NCBI GenBank assembly: GCA_013824265.1
Contig: PNNO01000001.1
Location: 178,149-242,148, forward strand
Length of the DNA: 64,000 bases
From: a bacterium
GTDB taxonomy: Bacteria; Patescibacteriota; Gracilibacteria; UBA1369; PNNO01
Direction: 5' to 3'
This document shows positions 41,927-51,244 of this stretch, piece after piece. Position numbers and translations under genes: made by a program. Within the stretch, counting starts at the first letter, position 1. Each line of letters starts with the position of its first letter. The notes below the pieces were generated by a model. The model did no database searches. It had not been told where the DNA came from and saw nothing but the letters and a program-made list of their open reading frames with translations.

Positions 41927-43756
41927 ATGGAAAAACATGAAAAATCCCCAATAAATAACGAAAGTAGGGATAAAACCGATATCATTAATAAGGCATACAA
42001 AAAGTTAGAAAATGAGATTGGCAAAGATTTCTTTGAACTATCTGGACTCAAAGAAAAATTTGAAATTTTTTTTCGTAAAGAATCTGAAAATTTAAACTCT
42101 AAAGACACAGATATTTCGGAATTCAAAAAAAATGTAGATGATAAATTAAATCAAGTTATAAAAGAAGCCAAAGAAATAAAACTCAAAGCATTAGGATCCA
42201 AATATGGCCCAATTATCGCAAGTTATGATGAATTTGCACAAGTATCAAAAAACAACAAAATTGGGTTAATTAACTGGAAGGAAGGAAAAGAAATTATACC
42301 TCCAAAGTATAATGAAATAAAGGTTTTTAATAAAGATGGTATTGCAATTGTCAATATTAATGGGAAAGAAGGATTAATAAACAAAAAGGGAGAAGAGATA
42401 GTGCCCCCAAAATATGATAGATTATATATTTTTAAGGGGGGTATCCTCACGACTCTTAATGGGAAAGAAGGATTAATAAACAAAAAGGGAGAAGAGATAT
42501 TGCCCCAAAAGTATGATAACTTAACTATTAATGAAAGCGGCGTCTACGCAGTAGTAAGGCTAGATGGTAAAGAGGGATTAATAAAAACAGACGGGAAGGT
42601 AATCTTGCCTATAAAGTACGACTCTATTACTTTCTGGGCGGACGGAGCTGAACCAGGCGATGTTGGAACAATAAGTCTTAATGGGAAAGAAGGGTTAATA
42701 GGCCTAAATGGAAAAGAAATCATCCCTCCAAAATATGATGCTATACGTCTTGGTGGTTTTGATGAAGATGGTATTACAAGTGTAGTTCTTAATGATAAAG
42801 TAGGATTCATTAACAAAAAAGGAGAAGAAATAATGCCTCCAAAGTATAATCGTTTTTTTACTTTTGAAGATAGAACGAAGAATGGCCCTTACATAGTAGA
42901 ATTAAATGGAAAATGGGGATTAATAAAAAACATGAAGGGAGAAGAAATATTGCCTATAAAATATGATAAGATTGACTTTTCGGGAACTAATATAGATGTA
43001 GGAGTAATTGGACTTAATGGGAAAGAAGGATTAATAAACAAAAAGGGGGAAGAAATATTGCCTCCAAAGTATGATCATATTGGTAGTTTTGATAAAAATG
43101 GCCTTGTGGAAGTGGTACTTAATGGCAAACACGGATTAATAAACGAAAAGGGAGAAGAAATCACGCCTACAAAGTATGATGAAATTGGCATGTATCGTGT
43201 TGGCAATGCTGTGCAAGTAGAGCTTAACGGGAAATGGGGGTTAATAAACACAAAGGGAGAAGAAATCGCGCCTACAAAGTATGATGAAATAGATAATGTT
43301 GGTGAAGGTCTAGCAACCATAGTGATAAATAAAAAATTTGGCCTAATAAACGAAGATGGAAAAGAAGTCATCCCTCCAAAGTATGACTGGATAAAAAATA
43401 GTTTCGGTCAGATGAGTGTTTTACAAACAAAGCTTGATGGTAAATACGGATTAATAAACAAAAAGGGGGAAGAAATGGTGCCTCCAAAGTATAACTGGAT
43501 AGAAATGGATGAATTCGATAAATACAACTCTAAAAGCGGGTTTGCAATTGTCAAGCTTGGGGGAAGATACGGATTAATAAACGCAAAGGGAGAAGAAGTT
43601 TTGCCTCCAAAATATAGTGAGATTGGTCGATTTGATAAAAATGGTATTGCAGAAATAGAAACAGCCGATGGAACTGTTGGGTGGTTTGATAAAAAAACCG
43701 GCAAAGTTTCCGAAAATTTATCTTTTGAAGAAGAAAGGGTATCTAAGCCGGAGTAA
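41927..43756 (+). CDS. WG (KWG) repeat-containing protein
   Basis: About 14 repeats of NGK(E/W)GLINKKGEEI.P.KYD; upstream TTGACT-17-TAGAAT. Confidence 0.92.
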   Translation: MEKHEKSPINNESRDKTDIINKAYKKLENEIGKDFFELSGLKEKFEIFFRKESENLNSKDTDISEFKKNVDDKLNQVIKEAKEIKLKALGSKYGPIIASYDEFAQVSKNNKIGLINWKEGKEIIPPKYNEIKVFNKDGIAIVNINGKEGLINKKGEEIVPPKYDRLYIFKGGILTTLNGKEGLINKKGEEILPQKYDNLTINESGVYAVVRLDGKEGLIKTDGKVILPIKYDSITFWADGAEPGDVGTISLNGKEGLIGLNGKEIIPPKYDAIRLGGFDEDGITSVVLNDKVGFINKKGEEIMPPKYNRFFTFEDRTKNGPYIVELNGKWGLIKNMKGEEILPIKYDKIDFSGTNIDVGVIGLNGKEGLINKKGEEILPPKYDHIGSFDKNGLVEVVLNGKHGLINEKGEEITPTKYDEIGMYRVGNAVQVELNGKWGLINTKGEEIAPTKYDEIDNVGEGLATIVINKKFGLINEDGKEVIPPKYDWIKNSFGQMSVLQTKLDGKYGLINKKGEEMVPPKYNWIEMDEFDKYNSKSGFAIVKLGGRYGLINAKGEEVLPPKYSEIGRFDKNGIAEIETADGTVGWFDKKTGKVSENLSFEEERVSKPE

Positions 43757-43779
43757 ACGATTAATTAAGTTTACAGCCA

Positions 43780-44406
43780 TTACCCCCTTAAACTTTCAAT
43801 CGCCTTTAATCTGTCCTTCGCTTTAAAAATATAGGAGCCGGCGACTAAAATATTTGCGCCGGCTTCTTTGCATAATTTGGCCGTTTCTTCATTTATTCCG
43901 CCATCAACGGCGATATCCAGATTCGGTGCTTTCTCGCGTAGCCACTTAATTTTATCCAAAGCTGACGGCATAAAAGACTGCCCTCCAAATCCGGGTTCAA
44001 CGGACATCACCAAAACCCAGTCCAGCTCAGACAAAAATTCTTCCAAAACTTCCACTTCCGTTCCCGGCTTAACCGACATCCCGGCCTTTATTCCACGCTC
44101 TTTTATCATATTTATAAGTACACGTGGATTTTCAACCGCCTCGTAATGAAACGACAAAATGTTCGCTCCCGCCTTAGCAAAATCGTCTATATACTCCATT
44201 GGATTTTCTATCATCAAATGAACATCCAAAGGTTTTTTACTCTTTATACATTTAACAACCGGCGCGCCAAAAGTTAAGTTAGGCACAAAATGTCCGTCCA
44301 TAACGTCGATATGTAAGTAATCAACATAATCTTCAACAGTCGCGATATCTTCATTCAGTTTCCCAAAATCCGCCGATAAAATTGATGGTGCTATTTGTAT
44401 CTTCAT
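43780..44406 (-). CDS. rpe: Ribulose-phosphate 3-epimerase
   Basis: IAPSILSADF, HIDVMDGHFVPN, MSV.PGFGGQ, VDGGI. Confidence 0.98.
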   Translation of the reverse strand: MKIQIAPSILSADFGKLNEDIATVEDYVDYLHIDVMDGHFVPNLTFGAPVVKCIKSKKPLDVHLMIENPMEYIDDFAKAGANILSFHYEAVENPRVLINMIKERGIKAGMSVKPGTEVEVLEEFLSELDWVLVMSVEPGFGGQSFMPSALDKIKWLREKAPNLDIAVDGGINEETAKLCKEAGANILVAGSYIFKAKDRLKAIESLRG

Positions 44407-44410
44407 TTTC

Positions 44411-44845
44411 TTATTTATCAAACATATCTACGCGCTTTTTGTGACGCTCCTCTGTGTCCGGTTTTGTCTCCAAAAATTTATCAACTATTTCCAAAGCAAG
44501 GGGCTCTTCCGTGGTTCTTTCACCCATGCAAAGAACGTTTGCATAGTTGTGTTTTCGGGCCATTTCTGCAAGATAAGTTGTGTTACAAAGTGCCGCGCGA
44601 ATTCCTTTGTGCCTGTTACAGGCCATTGCGCTGCCCTGCCCTGTCCCGCAAATCATAATCCCCATAGTATTTGGATATTCAAGAACCTTTTCGCAAACTT
44701 CTCTGGCAATAATCGGATAATCAACCGACTCTTCACTTTCAAAACTTCCAAGATCCGTAACTTTAATTTCCTTTCCTTCAAGATGTTTTTTTACAGCCTG
44801 CTTTAACTTGTATCCCGCGTGATCAGACCCTATATATATTTCCAT
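44411..44845 (-). CDS. rpiB: Ribose 5-phosphate isomerase B
   Basis: GSDHAG, DYP, CGTG.G, HN.ANVL. Confidence 0.97.
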   Translation of the reverse strand: MEIYIGSDHAGYKLKQAVKKHLEGKEIKVTDLGSFESEESVDYPIIAREVCEKVLEYPNTMGIMICGTGQGSAMACNRHKGIRAALCNTTYLAEMARKHNYANVLCMGERTTEEPLALEIVDKFLETKPDTEERHKKRVDMFDK

Positions 44846-44856
44846 CGTACTTTTCG

Positions 44857-45804
44857 TTATGTATTAAATACCGTAGATACCGATTTTGAATCGTGCACAT
44901 TTTTGATAATCTGCGCCAATAAAGGAGCTACCGACAAAACCGTAAGACCTTTAAATCTTTTTTCTTTAGGAACCGGAATTGAATTTGAAACAACAACCTC
45001 TTTAAATCCCGCCTCAGAAAGCCTTTCTACAGCCGGGTCTGAAAATACCGGATGAGTAGCCACCAAATAAACATCCTCATGCGCGCCATTTTTCTTTAGA
45101 GCTGTAAGCGCGTTACAAACTGAGCCTGCGGTATCAATCATATCGTCATAAATAATGCATCTTTTTCCTTCAACGTCACCCACAAGATGAAGGACTTCGG
45201 ACACGTTTGCCCTTGGTCTTGATTTATGAATAATCGCAAGTTCGGCTCCAAGCGCATCTGCAAATTTCTTTGCCTCTTTTGCGCCTCCCGCATCCGGAGA
45301 TACAACAACAAGATTCTTTAATTTTTTCTTCTTAAAATAGTCGGCAAAAAACTTTCGTGTATATAAATTATCCACCGGGAAGTCAAAAAATCCCTGTTCC
45401 TGATCGGAATGAAGATTCATTGTTATAACATGATCCGCTCCTGCGGTTGAAATTAAATCCGCCATAAGTTTTGCGGAAATAGGCTCACGAGGAGTAGCAA
45501 CGCGATCCTGCCTTGAATAGCCGTAATGAGGCATAACAACATGAATTTTTCCTGCAAATGATCGCTTGAAAGAATCAAGCATTACAAATAACTCCATAAG
45601 ATCCTCATTAACCTTATGAGTTGCTGTTTGTACAACAAAGACATCACATCCTCTTACGCTTTCAATCGGTTTTGCGTAAACTTCACCGCAGGCAAACCGT
45701 GATATATGCATCGGCGCAAGCTTAACATGAAGATTTTTCGCAATTTCCTGCGCAAGCTCCGGATGAGATGACCCTGAAAAGATTTTTATTGGATGCTTTT
45801 GCAT
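44857..45804 (-). CDS. prs: Ribose-phosphate pyrophosphokinase
   Basis: ESVRG.DV, YSRQDR, VVSPDAGG, DDMIDTAGS. Confidence 0.98.
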   Translation of the reverse strand: MQKHPIKIFSGSSHPELAQEIAKNLHVKLAPMHISRFACGEVYAKPIESVRGCDVFVVQTATHKVNEDLMELFVMLDSFKRSFAGKIHVVMPHYGYSRQDRVATPREPISAKLMADLISTAGADHVITMNLHSDQEQGFFDFPVDNLYTRKFFADYFKKKKLKNLVVVSPDAGGAKEAKKFADALGAELAIIHKSRPRANVSEVLHLVGDVEGKRCIIYDDMIDTAGSVCNALTALKKNGAHEDVYLVATHPVFSDPAVERLSEAGFKEVVVSNSIPVPKEKRFKGLTVLSVAPLLAQIIKNVHDSKSVSTVFNT

Positions 45805-45936
45805 AGTTCTTTTTGGGTTAGCGGTTTCATTATAGAGAGCCTTCAACATATACGTAATTGAATCTCCGGAAAAAGATGTTGACAGATATAAACTTTAAGG
45901 TTATATTAACTTCCAGTCCTAAACAATAAGCAAATT

Positions 45937-46563
45937 ATGACGCTAGCATATGACGACCGTTATGCGACAGACATACGCACCAGTACACCGGAGGTTAAAA
46001 TCGACCAGAATTTTTTCCGCGACTTACAAAAATTTGGGAAAGTTCAAGATTTGGTAACCAAACAGGTACTTGCATTAAAACAGCTTAGTTTGGCCAATAA
46101 TACGGCGACACTTTTTAACGAAGAAACGGGAGAAACACTTCTTGTAGATATTCAAACTTTGCAAGAAAATTTTAGAAGCTCTGGCTTTAGATTGCCGGAT
46201 AACATTGTTTGTTCGACCTGTGAAGCCGCTTGTAAAGTATTAAATCCGTCAGAACCGGGGAAAAATGATATTGTTACTTATTGGGAAGAATCATGGGTAA
46301 TTGTTGATTGTGAAAAAGATTTCTTCTGGATTCGAAACATAATGGACCCTGCCAAAACCGAAAAAGTTAGAAAGAGCGAAATAAATCCGTATGGAGGGTA
46401 TGGAGACGTTATGCCAAAAGCCGATCCTCAACTTTCATCTGAAATAGCCAGTCAAGCTTATCCTTTAACTGACCACGAAGCAGCAAAAGTTAAAGCATTA
46501 GCAGCAAACCTAGCAGGAAAAACTTTAAGAGATGTTAAAAGGCTGACCCTTCCATCAGCTTAA
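45937..46563 (+). CDS. Hypothetical protein, antisense to the surrounding operon
   Basis: 208 aa ORF; TTGACA-17-TATATT starting at 45879. Confidence 0.7.
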   Translation: MTLAYDDRYATDIRTSTPEVKIDQNFFRDLQKFGKVQDLVTKQVLALKQLSLANNTATLFNEETGETLLVDIQTLQENFRSSGFRLPDNIVCSTCEAACKVLNPSEPGKNDIVTYWEESWVIVDCEKDFFWIRNIMDPAKTEKVRKSEINPYGGYGDVMPKADPQLSSEIASQAYPLTDHEAAKVKALAANLAGKTLRDVKRLTLPSA

Positions 46564-46564
46564 G

Positions 46565-47521
46565 TTACAGGCTTCTATTTTCCCACCAAGTAAGGACTCG
46601 TTCGTACACACCCTGTACATCGAGTCCATATTTTTTGTATAAGTCTGCCGGTTTTCCGGATTCACCAAACCTGTCTTCCATTCCTATTCTGTGAAGTTTT
46701 GCAGGATAATGCTCAGTTAAAACTTCAGAAACCGCGCTTCCAAGGCCACCGATAATATTGTGATCTTCCGCAGTCACAACCATTTTTGTTTTTTGCGCGC
46801 AATCAACAATTAATTTTTCGTCGATCGGTTTTATTGTTGAAATATTTACTACCATAACTTTTAGTCCGTGGTCTTCAAGCATTTTTGCAGCTTCAAGGCA
46901 AATGTGAACCATAGTCCCTGTTGCAATCAAACTTATATCTTCTCCATAAGTTAAAATATCCCCAAATCCAATTCTAAATTGATGATCGGGCCCATAAATA
47001 ACAGGCACATCACCGCGACCAAGTCTTATGTAAGTTGGGCCAAAATCTTTAAGAATTTCGTCCATTGCCAAATACATTTCCGCAGCATCAGCAGGGCAAA
47101 TAATCTTCATGTTAGGAAGCGATCTCATTAAAGCAATATCTTCCAAAGCCTGATGAGTGGCCCCGTCTTCTCCGGTTAAAATTCCGGCGTGAGTTCCAAC
47201 AATTTTTACATTCAGATTCGGATAACAAATGCTGTTTCTTATGTACTCCCATCCTCTGCCGGTAACGAACATTGCAAAGCTGCACGCGAAAGGAATTTTT
47301 GCCCTTAGAGCCATTCCCGCGGCGGCTGTAACCATGTTGGCTTCCGCTATTCCAAAATTAAAATGTCTGTCCGGATAAAGTTTTGCGAACTTTTCCGTCT
47401 TTGTTGAACCGGAAAGGTCGGCGTCAAAAACAACAACTTTTTTGTTTCGTCCACCAAACTGTGCGAGCGCTTCACCAAAAGCTGTACGCGTAGCTACTTT
47501 TTCTCCGACAGAGTAATTCAT
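46565..47521 (-). CDS. Transketolase C-terminal subunit
   Basis: GIAEANM, GEDGATHQ, EDH...GGLGSAV. Confidence 0.95.
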   Translation of the reverse strand: MNYSVGEKVATRTAFGEALAQFGGRNKKVVVFDADLSGSTKTEKFAKLYPDRHFNFGIAEANMVTAAAGMALRAKIPFACSFAMFVTGRGWEYIRNSICYPNLNVKIVGTHAGILTGEDGATHQALEDIALMRSLPNMKIICPADAAEMYLAMDEILKDFGPTYIRLGRGDVPVIYGPDHQFRIGFGDILTYGEDISLIATGTMVHICLEAAKMLEDHGLKVMVVNISTIKPIDEKLIVDCAQKTKMVVTAEDHNIIGGLGSAVSEVLTEHYPAKLHRIGMEDRFGESGKPADLYKKYGLDVQGVYERVLTWWENRSL

Positions 47522-47539
47522 AGCTCTTTTTTACCACAT

Positions 47540-47992
47540 TTACTTATATTCCGCCATATCTCCTCTTTGCAATCCCATTTTTCCAGCTTGCCCGGCGTTT
47601 AGTTCAACTATGTACTGGGCATTATTGTTTGGAATATAGTGCGCACAAGGATCTTCCTTGCAAGGCGGAACATTCACAAAGTAATCAACAACTTTAAAAT
47701 CCTTATCCATAAAAATCATATCAAGCGGGATAAGTGTATTCTTCATCCAAAACGCAGGCTTAATTTCTTCTTCATAAATAAAGATCATACCCTTGTCTTC
47801 ATCCATACTTTCTCTATTCATAAGCCCCAAATTTCGTTCATCTTTTTCGTCGGCAACCTCAACCTTATATGTGCTGGTACCACTCTCCGTTTTAAAAACA
47901 ACTTTCTTTCCGCCAATCCCGAACCAATCACATCCCGTGAACAAGAATAAAGAAACAAATGATAGAACTAGTAAAGATTGAAAGATTTTCAT
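47540..47992 (-). CDS. DUF192 lipoprotein
   Basis: Lipobox FTGC; GLM.R, GM.F, FWMKNT.IPLD, ELNAG. Confidence 0.92.
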   Translation of the reverse strand: MKIFQSLLVLSFVSLFLFTGCDWFGIGGKKVVFKTESGTSTYKVEVADEKDERNLGLMNRESMDEDKGMIFIYEEEIKPAFWMKNTLIPLDMIFMDKDFKVVDYFVNVPPCKEDPCAHYIPNNNAQYIVELNAGQAGKMGLQRGDMAEYK

Positions 47993-48018
47993 ATAGTTGT
48001 TTGATTAATGGGTCGACA

Positions 48019-48498
48019 CTAAAATAACTCAAAATAGTATTTCCCCACAAGGCTTTCTTTTGGAATGAACGGATCGTGCCAAGTCCTTGAATCAAAGCTG
48101 TTATTTCTGTTATCGCCAAGCATAAAATATTTGCCTTCCGGTACCTGGTACCTTGTCCCGTCAATTTGTCTAAGTGAATATTCTCTGTCCGACTTTCGAA
48201 GATAATCCTCTTCCAGTTGTTCCTCGTTTCCATCTTCATCCACAACAAAAACTTTTTCTTCACGGATCAAAATTGTCTCTCCCGGCATTCCGATTATTCG
48301 CTTAACGAAGATTTTATCAGGCTCATCCGTTCCGTAAAAAACGACAATATCTCCACGCGCAGGCTCTTCCAAAGAATACGAAAGCGACTCGAACATAACC
48401 GTGTCTTCGTGCGACATAATAGGCTCCATGGAATCACCCGAAATATTAAACGGCGACATAAAAAGAAATCCGAATGTAGCTATAAGAAATTCGGTCAT
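48019..48498 (-). CDS. lepB: Signal peptidase I
   Basis: G.SMEP, RGDIVVF, VKRIIG.PGE, GDNR.NS.DSR. Confidence 0.92.
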   Translation of the reverse strand: MTEFLIATFGFLFMSPFNISGDSMEPIMSHEDTVMFESLSYSLEEPARGDIVVFYGTDEPDKIFVKRIIGMPGETILIREEKVFVVDEDGNEEQLEEDYLRKSDREYSLRQIDGTRYQVPEGKYFMLGDNRNNSFDSRTWHDPFIPKESLVGKYYFELF

Positions 48499-49349
48499 TA
48501 ATCTTTTTTGATTAAAGTATTCCTGAGCGCCGGAATCGCTTCTTTCATTTCCTGATCGCTAAGCGGTACACCGTGATATCCGGCTTTTTTCTCTGCAAAA
48601 GTAACTCCTTTTCCTTTGATTGTATTACAAACGATACATGTTGGTCGCCTTATGGTTATAAGAGCTTTTTCTATAGCCTCCAAAAGCGCATCGTAATCGT
48701 GTCCGTTTCTCACTTTTATTACATTCCATCCAAAACTTTCAAACTTTTCCACGATAGGTTCAACGTTCATAATGCTCCTTGTAAAGCCGTCTATTTGAAG
48801 TTCATTGTTATCTACAAAAACTGTTAAATTGTCGGAATGATAGTGCGCGGCCGACATTGCGGTCTCCCAAACAATTCCTTCCTGAAGTTCCCCATCACCA
48901 AGAATCGCAAAAACCCTGTTCGGTTTTTTATCCATTTTAAGGCTTAAAGCAAGGCCGTGCGCAGCGGCAAATCCCTGCCCGAGAGAACCGGTTGTCATTG
49001 TTACTCCCGGGATTTTTAAAACAGGATGCCCCTGAAGCATGGAATTAACCTGCCTTAAAAAACCAAGTTCACTTGCGTCAAAAAATCCAAGATCTGCAAG
49101 AATTGTATAAAGGGCGGGCGCGGCATGTCCCTTTGATAAAATCAAATAATCTTGATCTTCCCACCCCGGTTTTTGCGGATCGTATTTCATTATCGGACCG
49201 CCCGGAAGCTCGGCATAATAAAGCGCAACCAAAATATCCATAACGGAAAGTGATCCTCCCGTATGACCGGATTTTGCCTTATGTATTGCCTCCAAACATT
49301 TTATTCGAAGTTCTGTCGCCTTATTGTGTAACTGATCTACGTTGTACAT
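48498..49349 (-). CDS. Transketolase N-terminal (TPP-binding) subunit
   Basis: SGH.GGSLS, LSKGH, GSLGQG, GDGE.QEG..WE. Confidence 0.95.
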   Translation of the reverse strand: MYNVDQLHNKATELRIKCLEAIHKAKSGHTGGSLSVMDILVALYYAELPGGPIMKYDPQKPGWEDQDYLILSKGHAAPALYTILADLGFFDASELGFLRQVNSMLQGHPVLKIPGVTMTTGSLGQGFAAAHGLALSLKMDKKPNRVFAILGDGELQEGIVWETAMSAAHYHSDNLTVFVDNNELQIDGFTRSIMNVEPIVEKFESFGWNVIKVRNGHDYDALLEAIEKALITIRRPTCIVCNTIKGKGVTFAEKKAGYHGVPLSDQEMKEAIPALRNTLIKKD

Positions 49350-49364
49350 GGCTCGACTATAGCG

Positions 49365-49787
49365 TTAAACGATGTGCGGGGCAATATCGGAAAGTGGATC
49401 TAAAACAAATCTCCTCTTCTTCATTTCCGGATGCGGGATTTTAAGATTCCTTTTGTTCACTTTTATTTTGTCATACAAAAGAATGTCGATGTCGATAATG
49501 CGCGGCTTTTCGTAACCTTTTCTTTTTGGCAGACTTCTGTCGCGTCCCATCTGTTTTTCAACAAGCTGAATCGCACGCAAAACTTTTTCCGGAGAAAATT
49601 CCGTACTCACCTTTACACACGCGTTTATAAAATTTCTTTGTTTGATTTTTGAGACGGCCTCGGTTTCATACAAAGCTGACATATCCTCTACAATCAGCCC
49701 GCATTCGTCAATAAGCACAACGGCTTTTTTAATATTATTATTCCTGTTTCCAATGTTACTCCCGAGTGAAAGATAAACTGTGTGCAT
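49365..49787 (-). CDS. folK: 6-hydroxymethyl-7,8-dihydropterin pyrophosphokinase
   Basis: YLSLGSNIG, FIN, PRIIDIDIL, IPHP....RRFVL.PL. Confidence 0.96.
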   Translation of the reverse strand: MHTVYLSLGSNIGNRNNNIKKAVVLIDECGLIVEDMSALYETEAVSKIKQRNFINACVKVSTEFSPEKVLRAIQLVEKQMGRDRSLPKRKGYEKPRIIDIDILLYDKIKVNKRNLKIPHPEMKKRRFVLDPLSDIAPHIV

Positions 49788-49788
49788 A

Positions 49789-50346
49789 TCAAAATATTAA
49801 ACCATCAAGCTGAACGTGCGGATATTTTTCCTTCAACAAACCTCCGATTGATTTCGAACTTCTTTCCTTTTCGTCTACGCCAAGATCTTTTATCAATTGT
49901 TCTATTGATTCGGTATCCTCCCCTTCAATTTCCATAAACGGCGAAATTTGCGGATATTCATCAATAACAATTTCAAGATTTTTGTACTTAAAAACAGTTC
50001 GTTTTTTTTCGTACGAACACGTTATTTCAAATCCAAGATGCTCAAAAAAACCTATGGATTCATCAAAATTATGTCCGGCTAAATGATACTCATCACAAAC
50101 TTTGTATCCGTTTTCTGTGTGCTTATTTGTTTTGTAGCAGACTTCAACTTTCTCAGGCTGATCACCTTTGTCGGCGCCAAATTGTCTAACGCGCAAAACA
50201 TCTTTCTTCTTTTTGATCTCACCATTTTTGTCGAAATATCTCACTTTAACAAGACCGCTGAATTTCTTTTCCGCACCAAGCTTAAGTAGCGATTTTTCTA
50301 TAGCGGCCGGATCAATTTCCAAAATTTTAACTTCGATTTCTTTCAT
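49789..50346 (-). CDS. CYTH domain (triphosphate tunnel metalloenzyme, CyaB-like) protein
   Basis: EIEVK, YFD, LRVR, YEKKR, ID.YP...F.EIEG. Confidence 0.88.
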   Translation of the reverse strand: MKEIEVKILEIDPAAIEKSLLKLGAEKKFSGLVKVRYFDKNGEIKKKKDVLRVRQFGADKGDQPEKVEVCYKTNKHTENGYKVCDEYHLAGHNFDESIGFFEHLGFEITCSYEKKRTVFKYKNLEIVIDEYPQISPFMEIEGEDTESIEQLIKDLGVDEKERSSKSIGGLLKEKYPHVQLDGLIF

Positions 50347-50359
50347 CTTAAGGCGAATG

Positions 50360-50710
50360 TTATTTACCATTGTAAGTTACAAACGACGTAGCGGTTTCCC
50401 AAACTTTAACTTCATACAATTTTGCGCCCTTTATTTTTTCCTTTAGATTTTCCCAAACCCAAACAGCAATATTTTCCGCCGACGGATTCTTAATTATGTC
50501 ATTCAAAAGCGCGTGATCAAGCTTATTTATAACATTTTCCTTAACAAGTTTTTTTAGCTCCACAAAGTCATAAACCATTCCATCCTTCTTAACTTTCCCG
50601 TCGATTGTAACGTGCATTTTATACGTGTGTCCGTGCATCTTTTCGCACTTGCCGTGATACTCGGTAAGATAGTGCGCAGAATCAAATGTAAATTCTTTTG
50701 TAATAAGCAT
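50360..50710 (-). CDS. queD: 6-pyruvoyl-tetrahydropterin synthase family (QueD/PTPS-I/III)
   Basis: F.FDSAH, CEKMHGHTY, DH..LN, PSAENIA, VWET. Confidence 0.9.
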   Translation of the reverse strand: MLITKEFTFDSAHYLTEYHGKCEKMHGHTYKMHVTIDGKVKKDGMVYDFVELKKLVKENVINKLDHALLNDIIKNPSAENIAVWVWENLKEKIKGAKLYEVKVWETATSFVTYNGK

Positions 50711-50784
50711 ATTTGCCGGTTGTTATGCAGAAAGAATTTTGGCGTAAATAAAACAATTTTGCAAACAAAACTTAAAACCTGAGC

Positions 50785-50988
50785 TTATGATTCTTTAATA
50801 GATTTGGATTCAAGCCCAAAGTGCTTAAGTAGATATTTCTTTAGCATTAAAAGATAAAAATTATTCACCATCCCTATTGGTTGAATAATACGCCTTTTAT
50901 CGAATGTTGAAATTTGTTTCGTTTTAACAACGGAATCAGTCGCAAGATTATTCCGATTGTCACTTTTAATTATGAAATCATTTTCCAT
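50785..50988 (-). pseudogene. PemK/MazF-family toxin lacking its N-terminal half
   Basis: NNL..DSVV...QI.TFDK.RI...IG matches the MazF C-terminal half; GD.V...P / RP..V.S half absent. Confidence 0.65.
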
Positions 50989-51235
50989 TTATTAACGATT
51001 TATAATGTTTTTTTTCTTTAGCTGAAAGCTTTTCTTTCCCCAAGATATCAATTGAACTTGCCGCCTCCATATCGGACGAAGATGCATTTATAACCAAATT
51101 TTCCGGATCCACGGGCCTGAGCTGACCTATTGGTATTGATTGATAAATAACAAGATATGTTATCCCTTTAGCCAATCCTTCCCTTACTTTCGGGAAATTT
51201 GTTCTTAATTCTTTCACACTTATAGTTTTAACCAT
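50978..51235 (-). CDS. Phd/YefM-like antitoxin
   Basis: TISVKELR.NF..V......G..Y.V.....PIG.L.P; overlaps the toxin start. Confidence 0.7.
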   Translation of the reverse strand: MVKTISVKELRTNFPKVREGLAKGITYLVIYQSIPIGQLRPVDPENLVINASSSDMEAASSIDILGKEKLSAKEKKHYKSLINGK

Positions 51236-51244
51236 TTTTTACTG

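Noticed and set aside
42300-43620. Spaced DNA repeats resembling a CRISPR array or DGR template/variable pair
   Set aside because: Repeats are in-frame WG protein repeats with codon-level variation; no cas or reverse transcriptase gene in the window
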